DNA of 63,764 bases, counting the filler, from Guillardia theta CCMP2712 (taxonomy: Eukaryota; Protista; Cryptophyta): the NCBI RefSeq assembly GCF_000315625.1. It is 6 parts of 6 records of this genome, joined end to end, with 100 filler letters (N's around TTAATTAATTAA, not from the genome) between each part and the next. Parts side by side here need not be neighbours in the genome. Positions count along the whole stretch, not along the records: positions 57,106 to 62,304 come from NW_005434188.1; positions 62,405 to 63,764 come from NW_005434614.1; 4 more parts are not named here. One strand, written 5' to 3'. Below are positions 62,250-63,764 of the stretch, in pieces (the first letter of the stretch is position 1; every line of letters begins with the position of its first letter). The notes beneath the pieces were generated by a model. The model was not told the origin of the DNA and ran no database searches. It saw nothing but the letters and a program-made list of their open reading frames with translations. A program made the position numbers and the translations under genes.

Positions 62250-62404
62250 CGTCTTGTCTTCAGACGTTTCCTCACCGAAACTCCTTCTGAAGTGTCAAGC
62301 ATGGNNNNNNNNNNNNNNNNNNNNNNNNNNNNNNNNNNNNNNNNNNNNTTAATTAATTAANNNNNNNNNNNNNNNNNNNNNNNNNNNNNNNNNNNNNNNN
62401 NNNN

Positions 62405-62546
62405 TTCAGCCTCCTGCCTCCCTCGCGTACTTGTCTGCTAGTCTTGTCCTTGCTGGTGTATGACCTCCAAGTGGAGCAGCTGGGGTTCAAGTACAGCAGG
62501 CAGGTCCCGTCCGACTTGATCAGCATCGTCAATTCGAAGCTTCCTC

Positions 62547-62593
<47 letters not shown>

Positions 62594-63764
62594 TCCTTCC
62601 ATCATTCCCTCTCTCTCCCTCTCAACCCCTTCCCCCTCTCTTTGTCCTTGATAACCTGCATCGCTCCGATGGCGCTCGAGCACTCCTGCGCGACGGTCCT
62701 CTTGTGCTCGATACACTGCAACCTGCTCTCATCTCCTGCCCCCTCTTCCAACTCCCCGTCCTCCCCTCTCCTCCTGATTTCTCATATCCCCCATCCTCCT
62801 CCTTTTCCTTCCTCAACCTTCTACGCCTCAAAATCCCTACTTCATCCCCACCCCGCATCCTCATCTGCTCTCATCGCCCCCTCCCACTCCCTCCTTCCTG
62901 ATCTTCTCGCCTCCTTCCCTCCCCCCTCCTCCTCATCATCTTGTCTTCCCCTCCCTTCTCCTCCCCTCTCCAGCCCCCTCGTCCTCTCGTACCGCAGGAG
63001 GTACCGCGTCCCACGTCGCGTTGTGTCCTACCCCCTTGTTGATGCTTCTCCCGCACGCGCCATCGTCACTTCCCTCCCTCCGCCTCTCCTCCTCCCTCAC
63101 CACGCCATGTGCACGTACGGCGACGACAGGTTCCCTTGGAAGACGAAGTTCCACAGACAGCTCGCCTGCTCTCCCCCGTCAGCCTCTCCGTCTCTGCCTC
63201 CCCCTCCTCCCTTGCCATCACGGTCGTTCCCGCCAGTACCGAGTCTCCGCTCACCGAGTACGTGCCGTTCCCAAGCCTGACACACCCGCACATCAGACCT
63301 CCTTCTCCTCCTCTCTTCTCCCCCAGCTCCCCCCTCCTCACTCCCCCCTCCCGCTCACTTCGGAAGAAGGCAGTACTCGCTCGTCGTGCACGTCGCATAC
63401 TGCTTGTCCCCTACAAGCGCCATGCTCGGAGCATGGCTAGCCACTGCCTGCTCTATCCCCAGCTCCCCGTACGTGTTGCTCCCCCAGCACACGACGCTCT
63501 CGTTCATCAGCAGAGCGCACGCATGCTCGTACCCGGCTACGACCTTCATCACTCTCATCCCTCCCAGCACGGCCGTCTGGTTGCTCAGGAAGCTCGTCCC
63601 CGAGCTCTGTGCCTTCCCCCTACCCAGCTGACCTGCTCACCAACACCACCGTGACCTCTTCTCACCGCCTCCTTGACTCCCTCGTCACTCTGGTGACTTA
63701 CTATGGAGTTTCTCCGTTATGTGCTCCATCTCTGGGCACTCAAATTCTCAGCCCTCCGATTGCA
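62405..63764 (-). CDS. Multi-exon RCC1/BLIP-II repeat protein, partial
   Basis: GQLGRG..VMKVVAGYEHACALLMNESVVCWGSNTYGELG, followed by further Cys-containing exons. Confidence 0.8.

Noticed and set aside
17802-62360. TTAATTAATTAA repeated five times as a biological motif, and the Crypton-RAGL-LINE cluster as one island
   Set aside because: The 12-mer is an all-frame stop linker inside N blocks, so the pieces it joins may not be neighbours.

Overview
Eukaryotic nuclear DNA from a fragmented draft assembly. Short GT-AG introns, microsatellite-filled introns, and RWP-RK, Zn2Cys6, LOV-like and starch-branching genes suggest an alga, most plausibly a cryptophyte (inference only). There are plain N gaps plus five artificial N44-TTAATTAATTAA-N44 linkers, so adjacency across those linkers is not trustworthy. 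About 1-45 kb holds host genes: an S1-domain protein, RWP-RK factor, glucan branching enzyme, DRG1 GTPase, membrane adenylate cyclase, Cys-less LOV protein, tyrosine phosphatase and Zn2Cys6 factor. These are separated by GC-rich palindrome islands, decayed retroelement ends and a TIR element. About 45.8-62.3 kb is three mobile-element contigs: a head-to-tail Crypton (tyrosine recombinase) junction, a LINE preceded by an LTR-type gag, and the highlight. The highlight is an apparently intact 5.0-kb two-gene transposon (51005-56032) with perfect 25-bp TIRs. It encodes a RAG1/Transib-like DDE transposase and a convergent partner with a BAH-like domain rather than a RAG2-like kelch domain. It sits without a target-site duplication at the centre of a palindromic AAG-A-CTT site in a 332-bp tandem array. 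All domain calls are by-eye motif recognition; no database searches were run.
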